A DNA stretch of 20,000 nucleotides from Candidatus Tectimicrobiota bacterium (lineage in GTDB: Bacteria; JACPUC01). Shown one piece after another: positions 8,438 through 17,310 of the stretch. Position 1 is the stretch's first letter. Every line of letters starts with the position of its first letter. The notes beneath the pieces are model-generated. The model was not told the DNA's origin and searched no databases. It saw nothing but the letters and a program-made list of their open reading frames with translations. Position numbers and translations under genes: made by a program. Location: contig JACPUC010000016.1 in assembly GCA_016192455.1 (NCBI GenBank), positions 60,305 to 80,304 on the forward strand, written 5' to 3'.

Positions 8438-8538
8438 GTGGGGAGCGAGGAAACCTTGTCCCCCCGCACACCCCTTGAGCGCGAGGGCGCAGCCGCGCAC
8501 CTGCGGGAACAGGGGGCGTGGGGGATCTGCTCCCCCAC
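8438..8538. repeat. Pair of inverted, imperfect palindromic elements in the intergenic gap
   Basis: Perfect stem GTGGGGGA-TCTGC-TCCCCCAC (8518-8538) preceded by AGGGGGC; a related element lies on the opposite strand at 8438-8477. Confidence 0.45.
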
Positions 8539-8574
8539 AGTTCTCCCCTCCAGTCCCCTCCAGGGAGCAAGAGC

Positions 8575-10152
8575 ATGGAAGAGCTCTTCGATTGCATTGT
8601 CATCGGCGGCGGTCACAACGGCCTGACGACGGCGGCCTACCTGGCGCGCGCCGGGCTTTCCGTGCTGGTGCTGGAGCGGCGTCCCCTGGTCGGCGGCGGG
8701 GCGATGACGGAGGAACTCACCCTCCCTGGCTTCCTGCACAACACCCACTCCTTCCTGCACTTCATGATCTTCGTCGGGCCGGTGTTCACGGACCTCGAGC
8801 TGGCGCGCCACGGCGCCGACTACGTGCAGCCGGAGGTGCCGGCCTCCATTGTCTTCCAAGACGGCAGCAGCCTCACCTGGCACCGCGACCTCGACCTCTT
8901 CTGCAAGGAGATCGGCAAGTTCTCGCAGAAGGACGCCGCCACCTACCGCGACCTCTACGCCACCTGGAAAGGCCGCGCGGCGCTCCTCAAGGGCTACCTC
9001 TTCAACCAGCCGCTGCCGCCGTCGAAGCTCTACGCCCTCTTCGAGCAGACGCACGAGGGGCGCGAGTTCCTCCACATGTTTCTGACGAGCACCGACGAGT
9101 TCCTGAAGGACCACTTCGAGAGCGAGCAACTCCGCACCCTCTTCGCCCTCTTCGCCACGCAGACCGGCACCCTCTTCATGGGCATGGGGACCGGGGCGTT
9201 CCTGCCGATCATGATCAGCGAGATCGGCAACCTGCAAATCGCCAAAGGCGGCTCGATCACCCTGGCCCGCTCCCTGGTGCGGGCCATCGAGGCGCATGGC
9301 GGCGTCGTGCTGAGCGACTGCCACGTGCGGCGCATCCTCCTCGAGGGCGGCCGGGCGGTCGGCGTCGAGCTTGCCGACGGGCGGCGCTTCACGGCCCGGC
9401 AGGCGGTCGTCAGCAACGTCGAGCCGAAGCAGACGCTGCTGTCGATGGTCGGGCGCGAGCACCTCGCGGCCCCCTTCATCCGCCAAGTGGAACGCTGGCG
9501 GCCGACGAAGACGGCCCTCTTCACGACGCATTTCGCCTTCAACGAGGCGCTGCGCTGGAAGGCGGCGGCGCGCAACCCCGCCGTGGACCGCTCCCTCATG
9601 CTCTTCCTGTGCGAGGAGACCGGGGTGCTGCGGCGCCAGGAGGCCGACATCATCGAGGGCATGCCGCCGCGCGAGCCGGGGTTCCTCTACTGCGCCCCGA
9701 CCCTCTACGACCCCAGCCAGGCGCCGCCGGGCAAGCATACCGGCTTCTTCTGGCAGTACGCCTGCTACGACCTGCGCGACGGCGGCCCGCAGCGCTGGAA
9801 CGACATCAAGGAAGCCTACGCCGACACCTGTTGCGCCCACCTGGCGAAATACGCCACGAATTTCACGCCGCAGAACGTCCTGGCGCGCTACGTCGACACG
9901 CCGCTCGGCATCGAGGAGCGCAACATCTCGATGATCGGCGGCGACTTCAATGCCGGCGCCTGCGACCAGGACCAGCTTGGCATCTTCCGCCCCTTCCATG
10001 GCTGCCCGCCCTACCACTCGCCGATTGAGCGACTCTTCCTCTGCGGTCCCAGCACCCATCCGCGCGGCGGCGTCAGCGCGGCGCCGGGGTTCAACGCCGC
10101 CAACGCCGTCGCCGAGGCGTTGGGGGTGAAGAAGTGGTGGCAGAAGGGGTAA
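8575..10152 (+). CDS. Phytoene desaturase-family (COG1233) FAD-dependent oxidoreductase (525 aa)
   Basis: ATG 8575 after AGGGAG. FDCIVIGGGHNGLTTAAYLARAG..VLVLE Rossmann motif, TEELTLPGF, PTLYDPSQAPPGKH, LFLCGPSTHPRGGVSAAPGFNAA. No carotenoid genes nearby, so probably not CrtI. Confidence 0.92.
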   Translation: MEELFDCIVIGGGHNGLTTAAYLARAGLSVLVLERRPLVGGGAMTEELTLPGFLHNTHSFLHFMIFVGPVFTDLELARHGADYVQPEVPASIVFQDGSSLTWHRDLDLFCKEIGKFSQKDAATYRDLYATWKGRAALLKGYLFNQPLPPSKLYALFEQTHEGREFLHMFLTSTDEFLKDHFESEQLRTLFALFATQTGTLFMGMGTGAFLPIMISEIGNLQIAKGGSITLARSLVRAIEAHGGVVLSDCHVRRILLEGGRAVGVELADGRRFTARQAVVSNVEPKQTLLSMVGREHLAAPFIRQVERWRPTKTALFTTHFAFNEALRWKAAARNPAVDRSLMLFLCEETGVLRRQEADIIEGMPPREPGFLYCAPTLYDPSQAPPGKHTGFFWQYACYDLRDGGPQRWNDIKEAYADTCCAHLAKYATNFTPQNVLARYVDTPLGIEERNISMIGGDFNAGACDQDQLGIFRPFHGCPPYHSPIERLFLCGPSTHPRGGVSAAPGFNAANAVAEALGVKKWWQKG

Positions 10153-10175
10153 GACGAGGGTAAGGGGGGATCACC

Positions 10176-11246
10176 ATGGCAGCGCAACCCGCGCCGGCGC
10201 TCATCGGCGCCCATCTCCTCGGCAGCGTTCCCCTGGGGGATGCCCGCACCGTGATGCGCACCTGCGGCGAGGTCCTCGGCGGTCACCTGCACGCCATCCC
10301 CGACGGCGAGACCGGCGCCCGCACCAACTGGATCATGTGGCAAGGCCCCGAGGTCTTCGCCAAGAACCCCGCCATCATCACCCGCCGCCTCGCCGACGAG
10401 ATCGGCCAGTGGACCGGCGGCAAGGTGACCCCGAAGCAGGCCTATGGCGACAACTTCGACTTCGGGGTGAAGCCCGACGCCGCACAGATTGCCTTCGGCG
10501 AGCTGGGGTACGCGCGCGAGGCGGCGGCGAGCTACGCCGTCTTCCGCGAGCTGAAGGCCGCCGGCGTCATCCCGGCAACGGTGCGTTTCCAGGTCAGCCT
10601 GCCGTCACCGGTCAACCCCATCGTCGGCTTCCTGCCGAACGCCGAAGATCAGCGCCGCGCCTATCCCGCCTATGAAGCCGCCATGCTGCGCGAGGTGGGC
10701 GCCGTCTGCAGCACCGTGCCAGCGGCGGAGCTGGCGGTGCAGTGGGACCTCGTCATGGAGGTGATGGTCTTCGAGGGACTGCGCGCCTTCCCCTGGGATG
10801 ACCAGGAAGGGGGCCTGCGGGCTTCCATCGCGCGCCTGGCCGCCGCCGTGCCGCGGGGGGCGGCGCTCGGTTTCCACCTCTGCTACGGCGACCGCCGGCA
10901 CACCCACCTCATCGAGCCGCAGAGCCTCGCCGTGTCGGTGCGCCTCGTCAACCTCCTCGTCGCCGCCAGCGGCCGCCCGGTGAACTGGGTCCACATGCCG
11001 GTGCCGAAGGAGCGCGACGACGCAGCGTACTTCGGTCCCCTGCGGGACCTCGACATCGGCTCCACCGACCTCTACCTCGGCCTCATGCACACGACCGACG
11101 GCCTTGACGGCGCCCGCCGCCGCCTCGCCGCGGCCGCCGCCTTCGCGCCGCGCTTCGGCGTCGCCACCGAGTGCGGCATGGGCCGCCGCTCGCCGGAGAG
11201 CATCCGACCGCTGCTGGAGCTGCACCGCCGGGTGCTGGAGGGGTGA
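10176..11246 (+). CDS. Cobalamin-independent methionine synthase (MetE) catalytic-domain-like TIM barrel, function unknown
   Basis: Motif order matches single-barrel MetE/URO-D-like proteins: HLLGS, IPDGE, SLPSP, VQWD, HLCYGD, LYLGL, ATECGMG. Confidence 0.75.
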   Translation: MAAQPAPALIGAHLLGSVPLGDARTVMRTCGEVLGGHLHAIPDGETGARTNWIMWQGPEVFAKNPAIITRRLADEIGQWTGGKVTPKQAYGDNFDFGVKPDAAQIAFGELGYAREAAASYAVFRELKAAGVIPATVRFQVSLPSPVNPIVGFLPNAEDQRRAYPAYEAAMLREVGAVCSTVPAAELAVQWDLVMEVMVFEGLRAFPWDDQEGGLRASIARLAAAVPRGAALGFHLCYGDRRHTHLIEPQSLAVSVRLVNLLVAASGRPVNWVHMPVPKERDDAAYFGPLRDLDIGSTDLYLGLMHTTDGLDGARRRLAAAAAFAPRFGVATECGMGRRSPESIRPLLELHRRVLEG

Positions 11247-11354
11247 GGGAAGACGGCAGCGTCCGCCGCATTGCAGCGTGGTAGGAGGGAGCGGGGTCGC
11301 GTCTGCTCCTTCGGCAGGGAGTGGAAAAACGACACGCCGTACAGGAGGCCCGCC

Positions 11355-11666
11355 ATGTCGGAAGCGCAATCATTCGCGGAGCAGTACCCGCAGATCCACA
11401 CCGCCATGCTGCAGATGCAGAAGCAGTGCGCCGCCTGGGGTCCGCTGGACGAGCGGACGCGCGCCCTCATCGAGCTGGTGATCGCGTCGGTGCGCATGCA
11501 GCCGAGCGGCGTGCGCGCCCAGGCGGCGCGGGCGCTGAAGCAGGGGATCACGGCTGAGGAGGTGCGCCACGCCATCCTGCTGACGCTCGGCGGCTGCGGC
11601 TACTCCTCGGTGATGGCGTCGCTGGCCGCGGCCAACGAGGTGCTCAACGGCACGCCGCTGCGCTGA
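11355..11666 (+). CDS. Carboxymuconolactone decarboxylase/AhpD-family protein (103 aa)
   Basis: AGGAGG RBS then ATG 11355. GPLDERTRALIELVIA...ARALKQGITAEEVRHAILL...G helical pattern; no CxxC. Confidence 0.85.
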   Translation: MSEAQSFAEQYPQIHTAMLQMQKQCAAWGPLDERTRALIELVIASVRMQPSGVRAQAARALKQGITAEEVRHAILLTLGGCGYSSVMASLAAANEVLNGTPLR

Positions 11667-11768
11667 GGGACCACCGGACAGGTGCTCGGGTAGCACCAAA
11701 GACAGCGGGCGGCGGCGGATTCTCCCCTGACCAGTCTCCGGCCGGGGCGCGGACGGGTGGACGACGGG

Positions 11769-11793
11769 CGGGCGGGGCAAGCCCCGCCCCTAC
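11769..11793 (-). repeat. GTAG-family REP-like palindrome, copy 2
   Basis: Exact reverse complement of 4916..4940; lies between convergent genes. Confidence 0.8.
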
Positions 11794-11819
11794 GGCCTCC
11801 GGCCCGGGCGCGGGCGGCC

Positions 11820-12812
11820 TCAGCCGGCGCTGACCTTCAGCTTCAGCAGGCGCTCGGCATTGCCGTGGTAGATGAGTTGCCGGTCTTCCTCGGAGCAGTG
11901 GAGGCGCTCCACAAGGCTGGCCGCAAGGTGGTACTGCCCAAAGGGATGGTCGGTGCCGTAGAGGATGCGCGCCGCCCCCAGGAAGCGGTAGCAGTGGTCG
12001 AGCGCCTCGAGGTTGTAGCAGACGCTGTCGATGTAGAGGAGGTCGAGGTAGTGCTCGAACGGCTCCTTCAGCTTCAGCTGGTCGTGGAAGTGGATGGAGG
12101 GGTTGTTGTAGGCGGCGATGCGCCCGTAGAGATAGGGGATGATGCCGCCGACGTGCGGCACGATGAGCTTCAGGCTCGGCGCCGCGTCGAAGAGGCCGCT
12201 CTGGATGAGGCGCACGGTGTTCAGGCTGGTGTCGTAGAGGAAGGCCAGGGGGACGATGAGCGTCGAGGTGTCCATGCCGGTGGTGTTCAGGGGGTAGGCG
12301 GGGTGCATGTTCAGCGGCAGGCCGTGCTCGGCGACATGCTTGTAGACGACCATGAACTCCGGCGCGTCGAGCACCTTGTGGTTGGTGTTGGAGAAGAGCT
12401 GGATGCCCTTGAACCCCAGCTCGTTGATGCAGCGGTCCACCTCGGCGCAGGCGCGGTCCGGATCGCCGAATCCGATGCTCCCCCAGCCAAGGAAGCGGTC
12501 GGGATGCTGCTCGATGATCCCCGCGAGGTGATCATTGATGCGCCTGGCCCAGTCGTCGGCTTCCTGCCCGCCCAGCACGTCGGGGCCGGGAATGCCATGG
12601 CTGAGGACGGAGACGTCCACCTGCATCGCTTCCATGTCGCGCAGCTTCTCCTCCACGTCGACGATCTTCGGCACCGTCGGCAGGTTGAGGCCCCGGCCAC
12701 AGTTCACGAAGTAGGTGCCGCCCTCGAGCACCGTGGTGGGGAGCGTGCTGCGCCCCTGCATGTGCTTCACGAAATCGAGACACAGGAAGTGCGTATGGAC
12801 ATCAATCCGCAT
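11820..12812 (-). CDS. Amidohydrolase_2 family metalloenzyme (ACMSD/LigW-like decarboxylase or hydratase)
   Basis: IDVHTH metal motif, LNMHP, PHVGG..P, YIDS, ILYGTDHPF, IYHGNAERLL. Confidence 0.9.
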   Translation of the reverse strand: MRIDVHTHFLCLDFVKHMQGRSTLPTTVLEGGTYFVNCGRGLNLPTVPKIVDVEEKLRDMEAMQVDVSVLSHGIPGPDVLGGQEADDWARRINDHLAGIIEQHPDRFLGWGSIGFGDPDRACAEVDRCINELGFKGIQLFSNTNHKVLDAPEFMVVYKHVAEHGLPLNMHPAYPLNTTGMDTSTLIVPLAFLYDTSLNTVRLIQSGLFDAAPSLKLIVPHVGGIIPYLYGRIAAYNNPSIHFHDQLKLKEPFEHYLDLLYIDSVCYNLEALDHCYRFLGAARILYGTDHPFGQYHLAASLVERLHCSEEDRQLIYHGNAERLLKLKVSAG

Positions 12813-12931
12813 GACATTCCCCCGCTGCGGGCCTCCGACGCGACACCCGCTCAGCTCTCCTCGACGACCGGTTCAAGAACCGCGGCGCCGGCGAGGTGAC
12901 GCCAGGCGCCGCCCCGCCCCGCGAAGCTCCG

Positions 12932-14122
12932 CTACTCAACCCGCACCCACTTACCGTCCTTCACCTTGATCGTGTAGCTCTCTTTCAGGCCGTCACCCAC
13001 CTCGTTGATCGAGGTGAGGCCCATGACGCCGGCGTAGTTCTTCAAGGCCGCCCAGCCCTGGCGAATTTTCTCGCGGTCGCTCGCCAGGTCCTCCGGCCGA
13101 TTCGTCACCCCCCGCTGCTCGATGATCATCTTCAGGATGGAGGTCGAGTCGTAGGTCCCAGCGGCGACGGCATGGGGCGGATTCTTCTGGGGATCGCGCT
13201 TCATGAACTTCTCGACGAAGGCTTTCGTCTTGGGATTCGGGTTGGCATCCCAGAAGGTGGCGGCGGCCCACACGCCTTCGGCCGCCTTACCGCCCAGGTT
13301 GATGAAGTTGTAGCCGGTGATCGGTTGGTTGCCGAGGACGGGGACGGTGAGCCCCTGTTTTTGCACCTCGCGCATGATATGCGCGGCCTGCTCGGCGAGG
13401 GCGCCGATGACCAGACCATTCACGTTGAGCGCCCGCGCCCGCGTGATCTGGGCGCTGTAATCGACATCGGCGGTGAGGAAGGTGAGGTTGTCGACCACCT
13501 CGACGCCGTTCGCCTGCAGCATCTTCGGCGCCACGAAGGCGCCATACCCGCGGCTGATGTCGTCGGCCTTATCGTAAAGGATCACCGCCCGCTTGATGCC
13601 GTGCTCCTTCACCCAACGGGCGATGATGGGGCCACTGAGCTTGTCCTCCGTCATGGAGTTGCCGAAGGTCCAGGGCCGATGTTTGGGCATGACGTTGGGG
13701 GCGCCGCAGGAGTTGGTGATGGTGGGAATCTTCTCGCGGTTCGAGATCGGGAAGACGGCCTCGGCGATGCGGCAAGAGAGAGGACCGAAGATGGCCAGGA
13801 CGTTTTCGGCGATGAGGCGGCGCATGGCCTTGATGGCGCTCGCCTCCTTGCGCTCGGTATCGTAGACGATGAAGCGGAACGGCTTGCCCCCCACGCCGCC
13901 GGCGGCGTTGATCTCCTCCTGGGCTATCTCCAGGGCCACCCGTTGCTGCATGCCCAGGAAGCCCAGGGTGCCGGTAAGCGGCAAGAGCGCGCCGATCTTC
14001 ACCTCCGTGCCGGCGAGATCGGCGCGGGCCGGCATGGCGGCCGCGACGAAAGCGCTTGCGGCGACGACGAGCAGCGCAGTGAGAATGACGCGACGAACCC
14101 CCCCGATCCGATGAGTTCTCAT
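12932..14122 (-). CDS. ABC substrate-binding protein, LivJ/Peripla_BP_6 family (396 aa)
   Basis: GGGAGGGAG RBS then ATG 14122. Signal peptide; VKIGALLPLTG...EEINAAGGVGG, AIFGPLSC, DYSAQIT, YDS, YAGVMG. Confidence 0.93.
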   Translation of the reverse strand: MRTHRIGGVRRVILTALLVVAASAFVAAAMPARADLAGTEVKIGALLPLTGTLGFLGMQQRVALEIAQEEINAAGGVGGKPFRFIVYDTERKEASAIKAMRRLIAENVLAIFGPLSCRIAEAVFPISNREKIPTITNSCGAPNVMPKHRPWTFGNSMTEDKLSGPIIARWVKEHGIKRAVILYDKADDISRGYGAFVAPKMLQANGVEVVDNLTFLTADVDYSAQITRARALNVNGLVIGALAEQAAHIMREVQKQGLTVPVLGNQPITGYNFINLGGKAAEGVWAAATFWDANPNPKTKAFVEKFMKRDPQKNPPHAVAAGTYDSTSILKMIIEQRGVTNRPEDLASDREKIRQGWAALKNYAGVMGLTSINEVGDGLKESYTIKVKDGKWVRVE

Positions 14123-14385
14123 ACTATCTCCCTCCCCGACAGGAGCCATGACTCCGGCACCGATGCCGCGACGCCTTCTATGTCCCAGGCGCACCTGCGA
14201 GCGCCCGCTCGCGTTGCCCGCACGCTGTCTCCCTTCAGCCCGTGGAGGTTCCCCCCGCCGCGACGGAGCGCCTCAGCACGCGCAAGCGCCGCGAGGCGGG
14301 GCCGGCCGCGCGCCAGCACCCCCGCGCTCCCACGTTCCTTCCTGGCCCTCCTTCGCCTCAGCCAGAAACTGGACGCATGGGACGA

Positions 14386-14394
14386 ATTATGGCA
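14386..14394 (-). promoter_or_regulatory. Possible extended -10 element for the SBP-amidohydrolase unit
   Basis: Minus strand TG-C-CATAAT, an AT-rich word in a GC-rich gap; no recognisable -35. Confidence 0.3.
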
Positions 14395-14548
14395 GTCTCG
14401 TGGACGACCATGCGGCGTCCCCCCATGGGGTGCGGAGTGCGTCGCCGCGGCTTTCGCCTTCTGCCTTGACCCAGTATCCTAACTGAAGCGGTGCAGAACG
14501 ACAATCCCGCCGACCCATGGGTCTCGCAGGCGACAGAGAGGGCCAGCC

Positions 14549-16072
14549 ATGGAGTGGACCGCGGAGGCAGACGTCGTCATCGTCGGCGGCGGGGGAGCGG
14601 GGTTGGCGGCGGCTGTCGCGGCGGCCAGCGAGGGGGCGCGCGTCATCGTCCTGGAGAAGGCGGCGGCCTGCGGCGGCACGACGGCGTTGGCGATCGGTTC
14701 CATGACCGTCGCCGGCTCCTCGATGCAGCGCCAGGCCGGCATCGAGGACTCGCCCGCGGCGCACGACGAAGACATCGCCAAGTTCGCGCCGCACCTGGAA
14801 GGACGCAACACCCCGGAGCTGCGCCGCGCCTTCCTGGAGCAGGCCGCGGAGACGTTCGAGTGGCTGCGCGAGCTGGGCGTGCCCTTTCGCGGCCCCAGCC
14901 CGGAGCCGCCCAATCGCGTGCCGCGCATGCATAACGCCATCCCCGATGCGCGCCACGGGTACATCCGCGTCCTGCACGACGCCGCCCGCCGCCTGGGGGC
15001 GAGTTTGCGCCTGGGTCGCCGGGCAGGGCGCCTCCTGCGCAGTGAGGCTGGGGACGTCGTGGGGGTGGAGGCTGACTGCGCCGATCCGGAAGGCCACCCA
15101 CGCGGGGAGAGATTTGCGGCGCGGTGCGGAGTCATCCTCGCCGCCGGCGACTTCTCCGCGGACCCCATCTTGAAGGCGACGCACCTGCAGCGCTTCGCCC
15201 ACGTCGAGGCCATCAACCCGAACTCCACCGGCGACGGTCATCGCCTCGGCATGGAGGCCGGCGCGGCGGCGCGCAATATGGACGTGCTCGATGGTCCGCA
15301 GACGCGCTTCGTGCCGCGCTGGTCGCCGCTCTCCGGCGCCGGCGAGCCGGCCGCCCGCGCTGCGGCGCAGGAGACGACGCCGGGCCACGGGGATGCCAAG
15401 ATTGATCTCGAGGTCAACCTGGGCTGCGCCTGGCTGCGCCCCGAACCGGCGCTCTTCGAGGCCGGCGCCATCCTTGTGAACCGCGCCGGTGAGCGCTTTG
15501 GGAACGAGCTGAAGCATCCGGACATCGAGGTCGCCATGGCGCGGCAGCCGGGCAAGGTGGCCTTCGTCCTCTTCGACGCGAAGCTCGTCGAGCAGTTCTC
15601 GCGCTGGCCGCACTGCGTCTGCACGGCGCCGAACATCGCCTACGCCTTTGTGGAGGACCTGCGGCGCCATCGCCCGGACTTCACCGCGCAGGGACCCTCG
15701 CTCGAGATGCTTGCCGCGCGCCTCGGCTGCCCGGCCGAGGCCCTGGTTGCGACCGTGGCAGCCTACAATGACGCCGTCGCCGGCCGCGCCGCCGACCGCC
15801 ATGGCCGGCAGTCGTTCGCCGCGCCGCTGGCGACGCCGCCGTTCACCTCGCTCGGCCCCGCGAAAGGCGTCATCGGCACCACGAAGGGAGGTCTCCTGGT
15901 CAACACCACCATGCAGGTCCTGCGCGGCGACGGGAGGGCGATCCCGGGCCTCTACGCAGCCGGCAACAACGGCATGGGCGGCATCTACTTCGCCGGGCAC
16001 GGCCTGGCGATCGCCTGGGCCATGACCTCGGGACGCATCGCCGGCCGCCAGGCGGCGCTGCGCCGCACCTGA
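14549..16072 (+). CDS. FAD-binding dehydrogenase, FAD_binding_2 family (KstD/flavocytochrome c/TcuA-like)
   Basis: ADVVIVGGGGAGLAAA..A, LEK...GGTT, VILAAGDF, STGDG, ILVNRAGERFGNE, TKGGL...IPGLYAAGN, AMTSGRIAG. Confidence 0.92.
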   Translation: MEWTAEADVVIVGGGGAGLAAAVAAASEGARVIVLEKAAACGGTTALAIGSMTVAGSSMQRQAGIEDSPAAHDEDIAKFAPHLEGRNTPELRRAFLEQAAETFEWLRELGVPFRGPSPEPPNRVPRMHNAIPDARHGYIRVLHDAARRLGASLRLGRRAGRLLRSEAGDVVGVEADCADPEGHPRGERFAARCGVILAAGDFSADPILKATHLQRFAHVEAINPNSTGDGHRLGMEAGAAARNMDVLDGPQTRFVPRWSPLSGAGEPAARAAAQETTPGHGDAKIDLEVNLGCAWLRPEPALFEAGAILVNRAGERFGNELKHPDIEVAMARQPGKVAFVLFDAKLVEQFSRWPHCVCTAPNIAYAFVEDLRRHRPDFTAQGPSLEMLAARLGCPAEALVATVAAYNDAVAGRAADRHGRQSFAAPLATPPFTSLGPAKGVIGTTKGGLLVNTTMQVLRGDGRAIPGLYAAGNNGMGGIYFAGHGLAIAWAMTSGRIAGRQAALRRT

Positions 16073-16200
16073 GATAACCTGGCGATGACTCCGGCGACCC
16101 GCGGCGCTGCCCGCGCGGCCACACGGCCGAGGCGCAGACGCCCAAGGTCCGTTGCGCAGCACGACAGATAACCCGCTGGCTTCAGCGAAGGAGAGGAGCG

Positions 16201-17310
16201 ATGGCACGCTACATCGATTGCGATTCCCATGTCGAAGAGTGCGAGGAGACGTGGGACTACCTGGACGAGCAGTATCAGATGCGCCGCCCGATGATCGTCA
16301 CCGTGGAGGGCGATCCGCAGAAACTCACCCAGCAGAACGCCTACTGGCTGGTGGACCACAAGATCACCCCGAAGACCACCGGCCACGGCGCCACCCTCGG
16401 CGGCTCGCCGCCCACCTCGAGGCTTGCCCATGGCAAGCAGTTCAGCATCGGCAGCCAGACGCTGATGAAGGTGGAGGAACGCCTGGCTGACATGGACCGC
16501 TTCGGTCTCGAAGTGCAGGTCATCTTCCCGACGGTGTTTCTGGAGACCATGACCGATGACGTGCGCTTCGAAGCCAACCTCATGCACAGCTACAATGTTT
16601 GGATGAGCAAGCGCTGCGCGCAGAGCGGCGGGCGGCTGCTCTTCCCGGCGCTGCTGCCGATGCGCGACGCGGCGCTGGCGGCGCAGGAGGTGCGCGCCGC
16701 GAAGGAGCTTGGCGCCGTCGCCGTGGCCACCTACGGCACCGCCGGCAGCCACCTCCTGCACAGCGAGCACCTCGACCCGGTTTGGCAGGCCGCGGTGGAA
16801 GTTGATCTGCCGATCTGCGTGCACACCGGCTGGAGCCACCCCGGCCTCACCTGGAGCGGCACCGACATCTACGCCGGCCAGATTCTCGGCTTCACCCTGC
16901 CGGTGCTCATGGCCTTCCACAGCTTCCTCGGCGCCGGGCTGCTGGACCGCTTCCCAAGCCTGCGCGTCGCCTTCCTCGAAGCCGGCGGCGACTGGCTGCC
17001 CTACATGGTGCACCGCATGGACCACTACCACGACATCGACACCCAGCTCGGCCACGGCGTGCGCGGCAAACGCAAGCCAAGCGCCTACCTCAAGGAGGGG
17101 CGGGTCTACCTCTCCGTGGAAGGCGACGAGCCGCTCCTCCGCCCGGTCATCGAGCGCCTCGGCGCCCAGCACGTCATGGTCTCCGCCGACATGCCGCACT
17201 CCGAGGCGCGTGAGAACGCCTTCCAGGAGATCAAGGAGCGCACCGACATCGCGGAAAAAGACAAGGAGTGGATTCTGGGCAAGGCGGCGGAGGAGTTCTA
17301 TCGGCTGTAG
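16201..17310 (+). CDS. Amidohydrolase_2 family metalloenzyme
   Basis: GGAGAGGAG RBS; IDCDSH, RLADMD..G...QVIFPT, YNVW, ICVH, FLEAG..W, SADMPH. Confidence 0.92.
   Translation: MARYIDCDSHVEECEETWDYLDEQYQMRRPMIVTVEGDPQKLTQQNAYWLVDHKITPKTTGHGATLGGSPPTSRLAHGKQFSIGSQTLMKVEERLADMDRFGLEVQVIFPTVFLETMTDDVRFEANLMHSYNVWMSKRCAQSGGRLLFPALLPMRDAALAAQEVRAAKELGAVAVATYGTAGSHLLHSEHLDPVWQAAVEVDLPICVHTGWSHPGLTWSGTDIYAGQILGFTLPVLMAFHSFLGAGLLDRFPSLRVAFLEAGGDWLPYMVHRMDHYHDIDTQLGHGVRGKRKPSAYLKEGRVYLSVEGDEPLLRPVIERLGAQHVMVSADMPHSEARENAFQEIKERTDIAEKDKEWILGKAAEEFYRL

Noticed and set aside
8575..10152. Carotenoid biosynthesis (crtI/crtO)
   Set aside because: No crtB/crtE/crtY or hopanoid genes nearby; COG1233 contains many non-carotenoid enzymes.
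14119..14319. 66-aa ORF whose stop overlaps the SBP start (ATGA), a possible leader peptide
   Set aside because: GTG start with a weak RBS, low-complexity Arg/Ala/Gly composition, and the SBP has its own strong RBS.
14230..14325. TPP riboswitch-like words (GGGGTGC...GCTGAG) on the minus strand
   Set aside because: Lacks CTGAGA, ACCTGA and the GCGNAGGGA core.
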